A stretch of DNA of 63,601 bases, counting the filler, from Ionaspis alba (lineage: Eukaryota), in assembly GCA_964255285.1 (NCBI GenBank). It is 5 parts of 5 records of this genome, joined end to end, with 100 filler letters (N's around TTAATTAATTAA, not from the genome) between each part and the next. Parts side by side here need not be neighbours in the genome. Positions count along the whole stretch, not along the records: positions 50,988 to 63,601 come from CAXUUL010000499.1; 4 more parts are not named here. One strand, given 5' to 3'. Positions 51,427-63,601 of this stretch are shown piece after piece. Below the pieces are notes generated by a model. The model searched no databases. It was given only the letters and a program-made list of their open reading frames with translations, and was not told the DNA's origin. The translations under genes were made by a program, and so were the position numbers. The first letter of the stretch is position 1; every line of letters starts with the position of its first letter.

Positions 51427-52560
51427 TCACTCTCCCGCCTCATCTCCTACCTTCTGCAACTTCCCTTGGTCCCTCTTCTCGCCGGTCTCTCCAATCAGCC
51501 TCAGTCGATCTACTCTAACCTTCTCCCCATTCCCATCACCATCAACCACAAATAGCACCAGCGACGTCACATTCTGGAATTTGACGAACCTCAGTTCCAC
51601 CTTCGCAGTCCCGGTCTTCTCATCCCAATCCTTCGGTCCCAACGTGATAGACTGCGTAGCCGTAATGCCTTCCGCCTCATCAAATCCCAGAACATGTGCC
51701 GCATTCGTGTATAGCTTTATCGTCTTCGGTCTCATGGGTGTATCGTCTGAATCTTCGGATTTTTGCGGTAGAGACGTGATGTGGAGGGTATGGATTTTGA
51801 GTAGCGACTGGAAGGGCATGTACAGCATGAGTTGCTCATCCGTATCCGTTTCTATCCAATCCTTCGCCCCATCTTTCGCTTCCGCCTTTCCCTTGCCCGC
51901 ACCCAACGCCAAAGGCTTTGCCGCATCGAAGAGTGTTCTTGAGGTCCCAAATGCAGTGTCCGAATTCAGCATATCCACGCCTCTGATATCAATCTGATCC
52001 GTGATATCGCTGTAGCCCCTCGGCAATTCTCCTCCAAGCCACGAACTCCCGCCACTCGATTCCGCGAACCCACCCGCAGCCGATGAACCATCCGAGTCCG
52101 CTTCCGCCGCAAGCTTCCTGATCGCCTCGATGAGTTTAGGTGGGTTGGCACCGCGTATTGTTTCGACGGCCTTTTTGTTCTTGAATATCATGAACGTCGG
52201 CATACTGCGGCTCGTCAGCAATAAATTCTGTGGGGCAGAGGGAAGTGGTATTACGCGCTGATGCCGTAGGTCTGGGCGACCTCGGGCTGTGTGTCGACAT
52301 TGACTTTGGTGAAGGTGACTTTTGAAGGGCGGGAGAGCTCGGCAGAGAGTTTTTCGTAGATGGGGGCTATTTGTTTGCAAGGGCCGCACCAGTCTGCATA
52401 AACTATGTAACTTGCGCGTTAGCTACTTGAGGATAATATGGGTGGAGAGGAAAGGAAGTGAGGTTGATGGGGCAAGCGTACAGTCTGTGACTACTATTCT
52501 CGAGCTTGCGAGCAGGCTGTCGAACTGGCTTTTTGAGCTGATGTTCTGGGTTTTAGACAT
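51427..52560 (-). CDS. TXNL1: Thioredoxin-like protein 1 (thioredoxin + PITH domain), multi-exon
   Basis: YADWCGPCK active site after intron 1, MPTFMIFK, PITH motifs TDTDEQLMLYMPF, RPKTIKLYTN, LRFVKFQNVTSLVLFV. Confidence 0.9.
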
Positions 52561-53396
52561 TTTGAGGGAATGGGAGAGTGATGTATGATAAAGCGTTATG
52601 GGTGACGAGGTTATTGAATGGCACAAGATGTATCAAAAACTCGCTTGGCATAATCAATCACCCCACCAGTCCATCGCCTGCACATTCACCTTGTGTCAAA
52701 CTAATGTAGGAGGAAAGTCTTTGAATCAGATTCAAAATCATCCATGTTGCAAATGTTAAGAGCAATTCCCAGGCACGTCAAGCCTGTTTTTAAACCTATT
52801 ACTTCATATCTTTCAGGGTGTTCTAGTAGCCACTATTGTCATTTTTAAGAAACTCTACTAATACTTCTGTACATGATACGCAATGTCCTGTGTGCCTTTC
52901 AAGGTCATGCTGTGCGCCATGGGAGATAATCTTCTATTGGTTGGCTTGAGTATCACAAGTGTCCGCTAGTTGTCGACTACTCGGGAGGGCCGCTCCTCCC
53001 CCGTGTTGCCATTACACTTAGGGTAATGCCCCGTGTTTAGTAGAATAGTTCCAAGTTCATCATACAATACTAGCATTGCCAGTCTCAATTCTACTTCGCG
53101 TCAAAAGAAAAGAAGACATTCATGCCTGGTGGTTGTTTAGATCCTTGCAATTCCTCACCTACCGGCCCCTCACATAGTCCGCGCAGTCGATTGGGGGAAC
53201 ACCTATCAGTACTTCAGCCATGTTCTGTGCCGTGCGCCTGCCCTCCTTCACCAAGCGCTGGCACCAATCGAGGACATTCCCTGCTGCACCGATCGACTCC
53301 TCATCACAAAGTTCGTCCGCCTAGTCCTCGTCTTTCTCTTCGTCTGCGATCTATATAGCTTTCGTGGCACAACTCGTACGGCAATGCTGATTTTGT

Positions 53397-55662
53397 ATGG
53401 CAGATCCTATTTCCATCTTGAGTGCTGTTGCCGTTGGTTTACACACTGTCAACAAGCTCTCTGTTCTAGTCGAGGGTATTCGAGACGCACCGCGAGAGGT
53501 TCAGCATGTTTCCGCCGATTCTAAAGCTATTCGCGACATCCTCGACACCCTCAAGCGATTCCTGGAGGACAACAAGGATTCTGAGCTCCCTCCCGAGATC
53601 ATACAAAGTCTGTACATCCCGATAGAAAACACTCGCCGGTCGGTACAAGAATTGATTGGCAAAATAAAACCATTTGTGACGGAAAAGGGCGAGTTTAAGA
53701 AATCAGTATTGAGGGGAATCAAGTGGTCGTATTATCAAAAGGATGTCAAAGAATTGGCAGTACAGTTGAACAATTGCAAGTCAACACTGAGCATGACGTT
53801 GGCGGTTGTGAATATGTAAGCCGCGACTCACCACTCCTTTCCACCCCTTTTTGGGCTATAAGACCTATCAGAGTACTTGCTAATTGCATGCCAGAATTCG
53901 AACCTCCCATATCAAGAATGACACTACCGAAATCATCCAATACCTGAAGAAACTTGATTTAAATGTAAAACCAGAACAAGAAGACCCTGGGGGCAACGTA
54001 GTGGCTGATTCAGCTGAAGTGGAGGGTGCTGATCCACGGATGAAGGGTATCAATTTCGCTATGGCAAGATTTCTCGAAACTGAAACCACAGTTGCGGACT
54101 CTCCAGTTCATTCGCCATGGGCTTCGCCTATCGACGTTACGCACTTCCCAACATTCGACCAAGATGTGGACGATGACAATGAGTCGGACATTGCTCGTGC
54201 GCCAGAGTTGACCAGAGAAGATACTGAATCTGAAATTCGGAGCATGCTTGCAAAAGAACCCGTGCCAAACGTTCTGAATGACGATGGCCAGACCGTGCTC
54301 CATCTTGCAGCCATTGAGGACGAACACTTGACACGAGAGGTTCTGGGACGTGGCGTTGACATTAATATCCGCAATCTGGACGAGGAGACACCGCTTATGT
54401 GTGCGGTCAACGTCGGAAACATAGAAACCGTAACATTGCTGCTAGAAAATCATGCCGATGTCAATGCTGTCAACGAAAAACTTGGAACGTGTCTCCACAT
54501 AGCGGCGTCAAAGGATAAATCTGGTTCGATCACACAGCTGCTTCTGAATGGAAATGTAGACACAGAACTGGTAGATGGACTCGGACTCACGCCACTGTTC
54601 GCTGCAGCATTCCACGGCAATGAGATGGTCACACGTCAATTGCTCAAACACGGTGCAAAATACCAGGCAAATAAGCCAGGCGGCTTCACCGCCTTACATT
54701 ATGCCGCTATGCAAGCAAACCATGCATTCATGGGCCGCCTTCTTGACGTACACGGACCTGATTTCGAAGCTTTTTATGATCCCGCAATGTATAAGCTTCC
54801 TACCCGACCTTCCCATGATACAATGTTCAAGCGGCGCGCTCTCATAACCAGCATGCTTATAGAAAACGGTGCTGATGTTTATGTCCGTGGTAAGGGCTTC
54901 ACAGTACTGCAGATTGCAGCCGCGACTGCACAAGAGTTGATCGTAAACGTCCTGCTTGAGCAAGGAGCTAGCGCTCGAAGGGCCACCGTCATTTGCGCCT
55001 ATTGGGGGCTCAGTCCAGACACCGTGAAACTCCTTCTTGAACGAGGAGCAAACCTCGAAGCCACTGACATGCGATGGAACAAAACTGCCTTGACTTGGCA
55101 TGCAGAACTCGGCTCTCTCGAATTACTGGAAGTCATCCTCCAGCACGGTGCCAACGTGGGCCATCAAGATGTTCAGGGTTCCACGGCTCTGCACTATGCA
55201 TGCGCTCATGCCCGTATCGAACATGTCAAGCTCCTCCTGGAATGGAACGCCGATCCTAATGTGCAAGACAACGAGGGTAAGACCCCTCTTACCCGGCTCA
55301 CCTCACCACCGATGGGCCGCTTCTACCTTGCATGTCGTTGGTGGAACCCCACGCCTGCCGATCGAAAGGCCACAGCCGCCCTTCTCCTTGGCGAAGGCTG
55401 TGATACTGATATAAAAGACTTGCATGAAAGAACGGCAATACATTATGCGGCGAGTAATGGATATTTAGGTGCGGTGGAAGTAATTGTGGAGAATGGAGGA
55501 GACCCTGAGGTTTTGGATGAAAGGGGTATGACGCCACTGGAGCGCGCAGAGGAGAAAGGACATAAAGATATAGTGAGATTTTTGAAAAAGAAAAGGCTGA
55601 CAAGGAGAACAGAGGAGGAAGAGAAAAGACTAAACGCATTGTCTGCATATCAAATTGACTGA
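53397..55662 (+). CDS. HeLo-like/SesA-type N-terminal helical domain fused to ankyrin repeats, 2 exons
   Basis: MADPISILSAVAVGL...IRDAPREV...IKWSY...KSTLSMTL resembles the fungal N-terminal domain of STAND proteins. After the intron (53816 to ~53894) come about 10-12 ankyrin repeats (GQTVLHLAA, ETPLMCAV, LTPLFAAA, STALHYAC, RTAIHYAA). Confidence 0.8.
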
Positions 55663-56086
55663 AATGACTAAATTGGTCTTGGACTTCCCTCTGACGTCAA
55701 TCTAAAGGTGTGATCCATAGTCCAGGCGCTGGCCTCAATTCGAAGCTTGAAGGACAAGGTTTGTGGCTGCCATGCCGCTCCAGTCCTTGAGCGTCTGGGC
55801 TATTCTTCGGGAGTGACCGTGGATGCAGGAGAAAATCACAGATCACCTTGGTCACATATCAACATCGACGCGTAGATGTATTTCTGATAAGTAAGGGAAG
55901 AGACAAAGCCAGGAGCTTAAATCTCCATGATGAGATCTCCAGTTTTGACGGATTTGTCTCAATGTCCATCTCGTGGCCAGAGGTAGGAGCTTCTCAATGC
56001 TCTACTGTAGACCGCGTTCGACTCCTTTGCCAGCTCAGGGTGACAGATTCGTCCCTCAAAAGCATTATGGAAGCTCGCAGCTAAAG

Positions 56087-56587
56087 TCAGACTTCTGCTT
56101 GTTGAAACACAACTCTTAGCCAAAGGCTGCATCCTCCACATCCAGCAATGATTTCGCCATGTTCTACTTCTTTCTCGAGGTCTTCTTCAGAGATCAAGTA
56201 TCCTCTGGTATTCCCACAGTGACAAGGCCGATACCATATGCTTTGTTCCTCGTTGTAGTACAAATCGTCCAGATCCACAGTCTCCAACCCAGTGAGAGGT
56301 TTTGTCCCAGTCTCTGGAGCTTGAGAGTGCTGAAGCCGTAATTTTCGGTCGAATGCTGACCGACTAAGAGGGTCAGAGAGAACCTTGAACGCTTCGGCGA
56401 TCTCATCAATGGTGTACTTGGCTTTGCTCGGTGAAGAAGCCTTGGCCGCATTTGATTTGTCTGGATGGGATTGAAGCAGCGCCTGCCGATATGCTACCTT
56501 GAGCTGGTCGCGAGATATGGTGCGATCATCTTTGAATAATGGAGAAAGCGATAGGACTTTGTAGTGGTTCTGCTCTGCACGCGGCAT
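56087..56587 (-). CDS. DPH4: Diphthamide biosynthesis protein 4 (J domain + CSL zinc finger)
   Basis: NHYKVL, AYRQALLQSHPDK (HPD), ETVDLDDL, CHCG...GCGGCSLWLRV. Confidence 0.93.
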   Translation of the reverse strand: MPRAEQNHYKVLSLSPLFKDDRTISRDQLKVAYRQALLQSHPDKSNAAKASSPSKAKYTIDEIAEAFKVLSDPLSRSAFDRKLRLQHSQAPETGTKPLTGLETVDLDDLYYNEEQSIWYRPCHCGNTRGYLISEEDLEKEVEHGEIIAGCGGCSLWLRVVFQQAEV

Positions 56588-57093
56588 TGATGGGCAAGGG
56601 TGGAAATCGGTTAAGGTTGAGGTGAAGAGCGAGAAGGATGTGCTTCCGACAAAGATTATTGACCTATGACGTAGTATCAACATTCCAAAGCATGAGCTGC
56701 TGCAAACCATCCTAGCCAAAACAAAAGACCCATCCCTCCCAGAGCAAAAATCGGTCTTGTGCAAGGACAGGCCTGTTCATGACAAGTAGAGAAGCTCCAA
56801 ATACCAAACACTCTGGGTCCGATGACCTTGACGGTAACCCCACACTTTCTTCAGCCCTATCATTGCAGGTAAACCGGGATATGACGCCTACGCAACAGGT
56901 TTCTTGTTGATTGAATTGGTTGCCCGCCACGTCAGACTCTCTGAAGTGTCAGACCATGTTCTCCAACACTAAACTTCAGATTGCCAACATGTATGATATA
57001 TCTGCAGGATTATCAGCAAGTGATTGATACACTTTGATATGCCTCTCATGCTTACATGCTTGTCGTTGATTGGGCGAGTCCTCCGTTAATGAC

Positions 57094-60000
57094 ATGTCCG
57101 GCCACGATGACTTCGACGAAGATGCCTCCCGCCGTACCAACCCTGCTCCCTATACCCCAAATCATCCTGTTCCTAATATCAGCCGCTACCATGAGCGTCA
57201 AGAACACCGAAAGGAATTAGAGAAAACCTCTGCCAATGAGGCCCCAGAGGAGGAGGAAGGTACTGTGGACAAGGTGAAGAGTCTTCTCCACATAAACGGA
57301 GCTCACAAGACCCCGGAGCAAAAGGGAATCAAGAAACCTTATGAGGGTCACAATCGAAATGCAGAGGAACCAGCCTCTCTGGACGAAGAAGAGCAAACCG
57401 GTGGAGATGATGGTGGCCAACAGAACGACAAGCAAGATGGTGGAGGTGCCGATAACTCCCAGCAGAGCACAGGCGATATGGATCCACGACAAAAGCGGAA
57501 AAACATGAAGCATATGAAGCGGAATGACGCTGGTCGAGAAGTCACAGATCCAGTAACACATCTACCAATTACCATCCATGACTCTACCGACAAAGAGCTC
57601 AAGACCATTCCAGAGAATTATCCTCCTTCTGGATCGGGCCCTCGCACGTCTACCGGATTTAGTGCGGCCTCGAAGAGTGAGTCGCAGATACATTCTGAGC
57701 AGCAGGAGAGCCAGGAGGGATACGATGGAATGAGGAAGCTCTTCCCGCCTCCTAACTTCGAAAGCGCTAAGGAAAGATTAACCAGGGCTTATGGCATTAC
57801 GATCGTTGTTGGTCTTGGTGCTATGATGTTGGCGTCATTTGCGACACTTCTTGTAAACCACATCATACGTCCCAATGGTCCAAGATCGTGGCTAAGCTTA
57901 CTCATTACTACAAGTATCGTCACAACAGTGGGACTCACGTTGGGAGGTGGGATTTTGTATGGGCTACGCGGCTACCTTCAAAACAAGATCAACGAGATCT
58001 GGGACGATGAGATCTGGACAGCTGCAAGAGTGCAGGAGCAACAACAATCAGAATCGCCAACCCCCGAGTCCACCCAATGGCTGAACTCCTTACTGAGCTC
58101 TGTATGGCCCCTCATAAATCCGGACTTGTTTACGAGTTTAGCGGATACGCTCGAGGATGTGATGCAAGCCTCGCTCCCGAAAATGGTACGTATGATCAGT
58201 GTGGAAGACCTGGGACAAGGAAGCGAAGCACTTCGCATTCTAGGTGTTCGATGGTTGCCAACTGGAGCTGCCGCCAAAAGTGTTTCTGTTGACGGCAAAG
58301 TCAAAAGCTCGAACCAAAAGAAAAACAGTGATCGGACTGTACCTGGCGCGGGCGAGGTCGATGATGATGCCAAGTCGGACGTGAATGATTCGTCGGAGGA
58401 AGAGGACAAGGGACAGAAAGGAGATGACGAGAATATTGCTGAAGGCATGGAGGCCGAAGAAGGTGATTTCGTGAACATGGAGGTTGCCTTCTCGTACCGA
58501 GCATCAAGCACTGGGAAAGGCTTAAAGAAGAAAGTCAAGAATGCCCATTTATACCTCGCTTTCTACCTACCGGGTCGAATACGATTTCCTGTCTGGGTTG
58601 AGCTGAGAGGGATTGTAGGAACTATGAGGTTGAGGCTACAGTTGTGTCCGGATCCACCGTTTTTCTCGTTATGCACCTTGACCTTGTTGGGACAACCAAA
58701 AGCAAACATGTCCTGCATTCCGTTGACGAAGCATTTCCTTAACATCATGGATCTGCCTGTCATATCATCTTTTGTACAAAGTTCTATTGACGCAGCGCTC
58801 TCCGAGTACGTTGCACCAAAGAGCCTTACCTTAGACCTCAAGGATATGCTGGTCGGAGACGACTTCAAGAAGGATACCAACGCCCGCGGGGTGCTCGTGG
58901 TCCGAATCAAGAGAGCCAAAGAGTTCAAACAAGGCGATGGTGGCATTACTATGATCAAGAAAGGCTCTTCCGATCCGTACGTCAGCGTCGGCTGGGCGAA
59001 ATTTGGAAAGCCGGTATGGTCCACAAGAGTCATTCTGGACGAGATGGAGCCCGTATGGGATGAAACGGCCTTCGTTCTTGTAGGACCTAATGAGCTCAAT
59101 GCTGAGGAAAGACTTCGCGTACAGCTCTGGGAGTAAGTCTAGTTACCCGTCTTTGCTTGACATGCCTTGCTAACTTGATATACTTGAAGCTCCGATAGGG
59201 TCTCAGCGGATGACGATCTCGGGAGAGTTGAGGTGGATCTCAAAGAGCTCATGCACAACGAAAAGTCAAATGGCAAGATGTGGGACCGGCAAGACAGTTT
59301 CATGGGCAGTGACGCAAACGAAAGCATGCCAGGCCATTTAGACTGGAGTGTAGGATACTATGCAAAAGTTACCATGCAGAAAGACCAGTTCGAGCGACAA
59401 ACCGCGGAACCCAATGTCCGCAACTTGCAGGAGCTGAAGGACAGAGTATCAGAGACTGCGCAAAAGAAGCTTCGGGAGGCCAGTGACCGAGACAATTCCG
59501 ATGAGATCGCACAACAAAAGGCACAAGATCTGAAAGCTAGAGAGGATAATATGATAGTATCGGCTCCACCGCCGGTAGATTTCCCTAGTGGTATCTTCTC
59601 GATCCAAATTCACAACATCACAGGACTACAGTTTGAAAAGATCAATAAGAACGATAGCAAAGAGGAGGAAGGTGATGAAACCGAAGAAGGCAACGACGAT
59701 CTTCCTTCGAGTTATTGCACGGTTATATTGAATCATCAGGCCATCTTCCGATCACGGACCAAGCCCAAGAACAACAAGCCGTTCTTCAATGCGGGAACGG
59801 AGCGCATGATTCGAGACTGGCGGACGACAGAGGTCATGGTCGCTGTTCAGGACTCTCGGGTCCATGAAGATGACGCACTAATGGGCATCATATATCTAAA
59901 CCTCGGGCATCTATTTCATCAACGCTGTCAACTCATGGACACATTTCCACTGGTGGGAGGTATCGGATATGGCCGAGCACGCATATCCATGGTGTTCCGA

Positions 60001-60909
60001 TCAATTCGACTGCAGGCACCGAAAGAACTTCGGGGCTGGGATTATGGAACGATCGAGATCACAGGTCCAATTACTTCGAAGGACATCGCTGGCGAGCTCC
60101 GCGGCCTTCGTCTCAAATTGCACAGCTCAATTAATAGGAGTAAGATGTACAGCTCTGGCAACGACGGTACTTGGACTGCGAAGAAGGATCGGCACGTCCG
60201 AATAGCTATACGAAAGCGATATCGATCTTGTCTTGTTATCGAGTTCCGGAAGAACAGTATCACGAAGGATTCCACTCCCGCATTTGCGATCCTTTGGTTG
60301 AAAGACATACCTGATGACGAGGAGAAGACTGTGACTTTGACTGTCTGGAATGGCAACGCGAACCTGAAGCGAGCGGAGAACAACTGTCTAGATTCAATGG
60401 GTGACAAGGCAGGGACTATCGACGTACCACTGAAGTTCTGGCCTGGTCTAAGTGGCTACCACAAAAGCCTTGCTAACAAGAACCCCAACTTGAAGACTAT
60501 CTTCGAAGTCCTGGACACTGCTAGTGATAACAAGGAGATTCGAGACTCGATGGAGGCAGACGATTCCAGCAGCTCCGACAGCTCTTCTGACGAGGAAGGG
60601 GGGAATGATTCCTCCACTCATCCTCATTATGATGAACACAATCAGCAAAATGGTAGTAGAGGACCAGTGGATCAGATCAAGGATTACAAGGATCATCACA
60701 AGCAGCTTCATAGGAAGCAAAGGGGTATCATGCAATTCAAGGTACGAGACGATGGCCCTATTGGAGAACTATTCGCGACTAAGCTGATCATATCACAGGG
60801 AGCACGAACTGGCAACTGGATGAAAACCAAGCTGGATCATGGTAAGGAGCATATAATGGACAAGTTCAAACATCACGAAAGGGATCCAGGTATCGAGACC
60901 GAGGTCTAA
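57094..60909 (+). CDS. Mug190-like tricalbin-related membrane protein (TM hairpin, SMP domain, C2 domains)
   Basis: REVTDPVTHLP, two TM helices, PESTQWLNSLL...FTSLADTLEDVMQASLP (SMP), C2 motifs SDPYVSVGW and DDDLGRVEVDL. Introns 59133-59189 and ~60742-60798. Confidence 0.85.
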
Positions 60910-62047
60910 AGGGGTGTCAAGGCGGTTTCCTCTCAAACGTGACGAGGAGAGGGATCGTGCATATCGTTTGGGGATTACGGCAAGTCTGCGACTTTTGCTT
61001 TGACTCTTTGATTGATTTTGGCACAGATCTGATTGGGCGGCGATTACCCGTAACTGTAAACGCGGGGCGTTAAGTTAAGGATGGCTAATTACTGTATTCT
61101 TCGTGTATATACCCCAATTGAGTTGATATTCTTATGCTTGGCATATATGTTCGGCATTTCATTCTAGTGATATCTTCCCCTTCGCGTAGGTAACTATGAA
61201 GGAAATGAGAAATCTCTAAACGCCTTTGTACCTTACTTTCGGTCGCCAATATGACCGAACAGTCCATAGTCTGACCACTGCGTTCAGGTAGGATAGGCGG
61301 TTGAATAGAACGATCGTAATTTGGTTGAAGAAGAGCAATTCGAAAATGCATGAGAAGTTCCTGATTACATGATCGGCCGCTAAAGGTACTAGATTCTAGG
61401 CGGAAAAGTTCGAAATTCTGAATTGGCTTTTGTCTTTCCTCAAAATCTGTAAGCGCAGATGCTGGCAAGATATCTTACAGACGTCACCAGCATTGTAATG
61501 CAGTTGCTGAGATTCGGGTCTTCAAGCTCCGAAAAAAATGATGATCATGCCTGTGATCACCAATTGATCCAGGCGTCTATGCCGTATATCCCTTCCAATC
61601 TCTGTATAAATCCAAGTTTTCAATACACTTCCCCAGCACTATTCTAGCACACTACAATACCCACGGCTTTGCCTACCTCCTGCGCCTCTTTCCGTGGTCT
61701 TGGGGCATACTTTTTACTAGCCAGTGGGAGAAAAGAACAGGTACTTAGCAGGACCGCGTCTTCTCCACCCTACCGCTTCTTTGCTCTTTGTGGAGCGGTG
61801 GGACTACATAATGGACGGACATATCGTTATTTCTACCTCAAAGAGCCTGCAAGCTGGTTTTGGGACCAATTGCATCTATCTACCTCGTTTTGATGTCATA
61901 AAGAGATTGTGTATCGAGTGGAAGCTTATTCTAGTTTGGACCTTATTTGTGCTACTCCTGCTGCTATTCACCTCTTGCCCCAATCACCCTTTACCGTCCA
62001 GCTCGTCGCGGCTCTGCCACCTTTTGGGTTCCCCTCGAAAGTCTGTA

Positions 62048-62971
62048 TCACTTCCGTCCAAGTGCAATGAATGCCTTTCCCACCATACGCGCCGGCGTAC
62101 TTGGATACTTCTCTTTGATCCAATCCATCATCAACTCATAAACCTTTTTCAACTCCTCCTCTGTCATATCAGCAGCCAAAAGCTTCATGAGCGGATACGT
62201 CGTGGTAAGAAACCTCACAACAGCCTCATGGCTCTCAAAAGGCATATACAAATCTGTGGTCCGCACTTCCACCTCCCTAAACCCCGCTGCCTCCATTTCC
62301 GCACGCTGCCCTTCTTCACTCAACCAGCAAGGCGCCAGCGCCGGCACGACCTTATCCGGACGAACAACCTTAACGAATTCCACTACCTGGTTCCACTCCG
62401 CTTCTGCAGCCGAGCTCATCGCAAAAACACCACCACCATGCTCCTCACTCAGCACACGCCGCACCTGCTGCAGGCCTTTGCGTGCTTCAGGAAGCAAAAA
62501 GTACACAAACGACGCTGTGGCATGACTGATAGACTGATCCGGCACATCTGCCAAATCCAGCGCGTCGAGCACAGCCATTTCGACACGCATCCACCCGACA
62601 TTCCCCCGCGCGATCTCGGCCTCTTTGCGCTTGGCCACCTGCTCCAGCATTGCGGGACTCAGGTCCGACGCGATGATCCGTACTTCAGCGGAGATCTGGG
62701 AAATGTAGTCGTCGATCAGCAGGCCTGTGAGTTGGCCGGGTCCGCAGCCGATGTCTAGAATCGCTGTGGCTTTGGAGAGAGGGAAGGTGCTGTTGATGAG
62801 CTGGAGCAGTGCACGGGCTGAGTCCATCGGGGGCCCTGAAATGGCTCTGGCGGCAAAGTCGGAGGCAGAGGAAGACCATAGGGCTTCGCTTACTAGGGCA
62901 GGGGTGAGTTGGGTTTTGAAGAAAATGGGCTGGGAGAGGTGTGGAGGCTTACTGTTCATTTGGGAAGACAT
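62048..62971 (-). CDS. Class I SAM-dependent methyltransferase, intronless
   Basis: ILDIGCGPG (motif I), IIASDLSPAMLEQV, VLDALDL. Confidence 0.88.
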   Translation of the reverse strand: MSSQMNSKPPHLSQPIFFKTQLTPALVSEALWSSSASDFAARAISGPPMDSARALLQLINSTFPLSKATAILDIGCGPGQLTGLLIDDYISQISAEVRIIASDLSPAMLEQVAKRKEAEIARGNVGWMRVEMAVLDALDLADVPDQSISHATASFVYFLLPEARKGLQQVRRVLSEEHGGGVFAMSSAAEAEWNQVVEFVKVVRPDKVVPALAPCWLSEEGQRAEMEAAGFREVEVRTTDLYMPFESHEAVVRFLTTTYPLMKLLAADMTEEELKKVYELMMDWIKEKYPSTPARMVGKAFIALGRK

Positions 62972-63601
62972 GGCGACTGGTTGAGATTGGAGTGGTGGTA
63001 TCTTGTAGATCTCTAATGCTCTCAAGTTCGAGTAGACCCTTGTTGTGTAGGGAGTGTTTGACCCCTTTATAGATATCCTAGTACAGCCAACACTGCACAA
63101 TTTGCACCGCTTCGACGGTCATCGAGGAAACCAATAGCGTCTAAATATGTGTAAGGATGTTTCGCTTACAAATGTTCATTCTGCATGCCATTCCCTGCAA
63201 GTCTCCTCTTCCTCTACCACTACAAACAGGAAGAACTCGCTCAATGTGACTCAGGCTTGCTGCGCCACCTCACCGCATCCATTCATACACATCATTCTCA
63301 AAGATGCAAACACTCATTTGCTGCGAGGAACTAGCTCCTCATTAAAGAAGAATTCTAGTTTCAGAGATATACGACAGTTTATCATACAGCAATAAGTGAT
63401 TGTCATGGTTGTCGTAGAACTTGTACCTGAAGAGCAACTGTGGCATCTCCCCAGCATTCTTTGTGTATAGTCAAAATACCGCTTTCCGTAGCGTAGTTAC
63501 AAGACCTGCCTACAACTTATACCATGACACTTGACTATATAATAACATACGCAAATCGATTCTGGTAGTAACGGTAATAGTAAAGGGAACAGGTCTAGGG
63601 A

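Noticed and set aside
1..63601. CRISPR arrays, rRNA genes, intact transposons or prokaryotic systems
   Set aside because: No repeat-spacer arrays, rRNA-like sequence, transposase/RT ORFs or operon-like structure seen; content is intron-containing fungal genes.

Overview
Eukaryotic DNA from a filamentous ascomycete (Pezizomycotina; short GT-AG introns with CTRAC branch sites). The window is not one locus. It is five unrelated scaffolds of about 12.6 kb (1-12679, 12780-25424, 25525-38161, 38262-50887, 50988-63601) joined by 100-nt N44-TTAATTAATTAA-N44 linkers in decreasing size order, with six further 100-N internal gaps. Scaffold 1: purine nucleoside permease (partial), SDR, GH16 Crh-type transglycosylase, RIC8, RIF1 (partial). 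Scaffold 2: a tRNA-Lys(CTT) gene, 2OG-Fe(II) dioxygenase, L-amino-acid-oxidase-like flavoprotein, PEX11-like protein, secreted carboxylesterase. Scaffold 3: MoxR/ChlI-lid-like protein, ankyrin protein, unknown membrane protein, VPS16, short kinesin-3. Scaffold 4: secreted repeat protein (partial), condensin CND1/YCS4, NAA30/MAK3, degenerate ~167-bp repeat. Scaffold 5: TXNL1, HeLo-like/ankyrin protein, DPH4, Mug190-like SMP/C2 protein, methyltransferase. The standout is the tRNA-Lys(CTT) gene at 13100-13217 (minus strand). It is interrupted in its D-stem by a 47-nt intron with spliceosomal signals (GTGAGT...TACTAAC...CAG) rather than a canonical endonuclease-type tRNA intron. It also has an upstream TATA box, a downstream oligo-T terminator and a 2-nt-short T-loop. 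All family calls come from motif recognition by eye; no database search was run.
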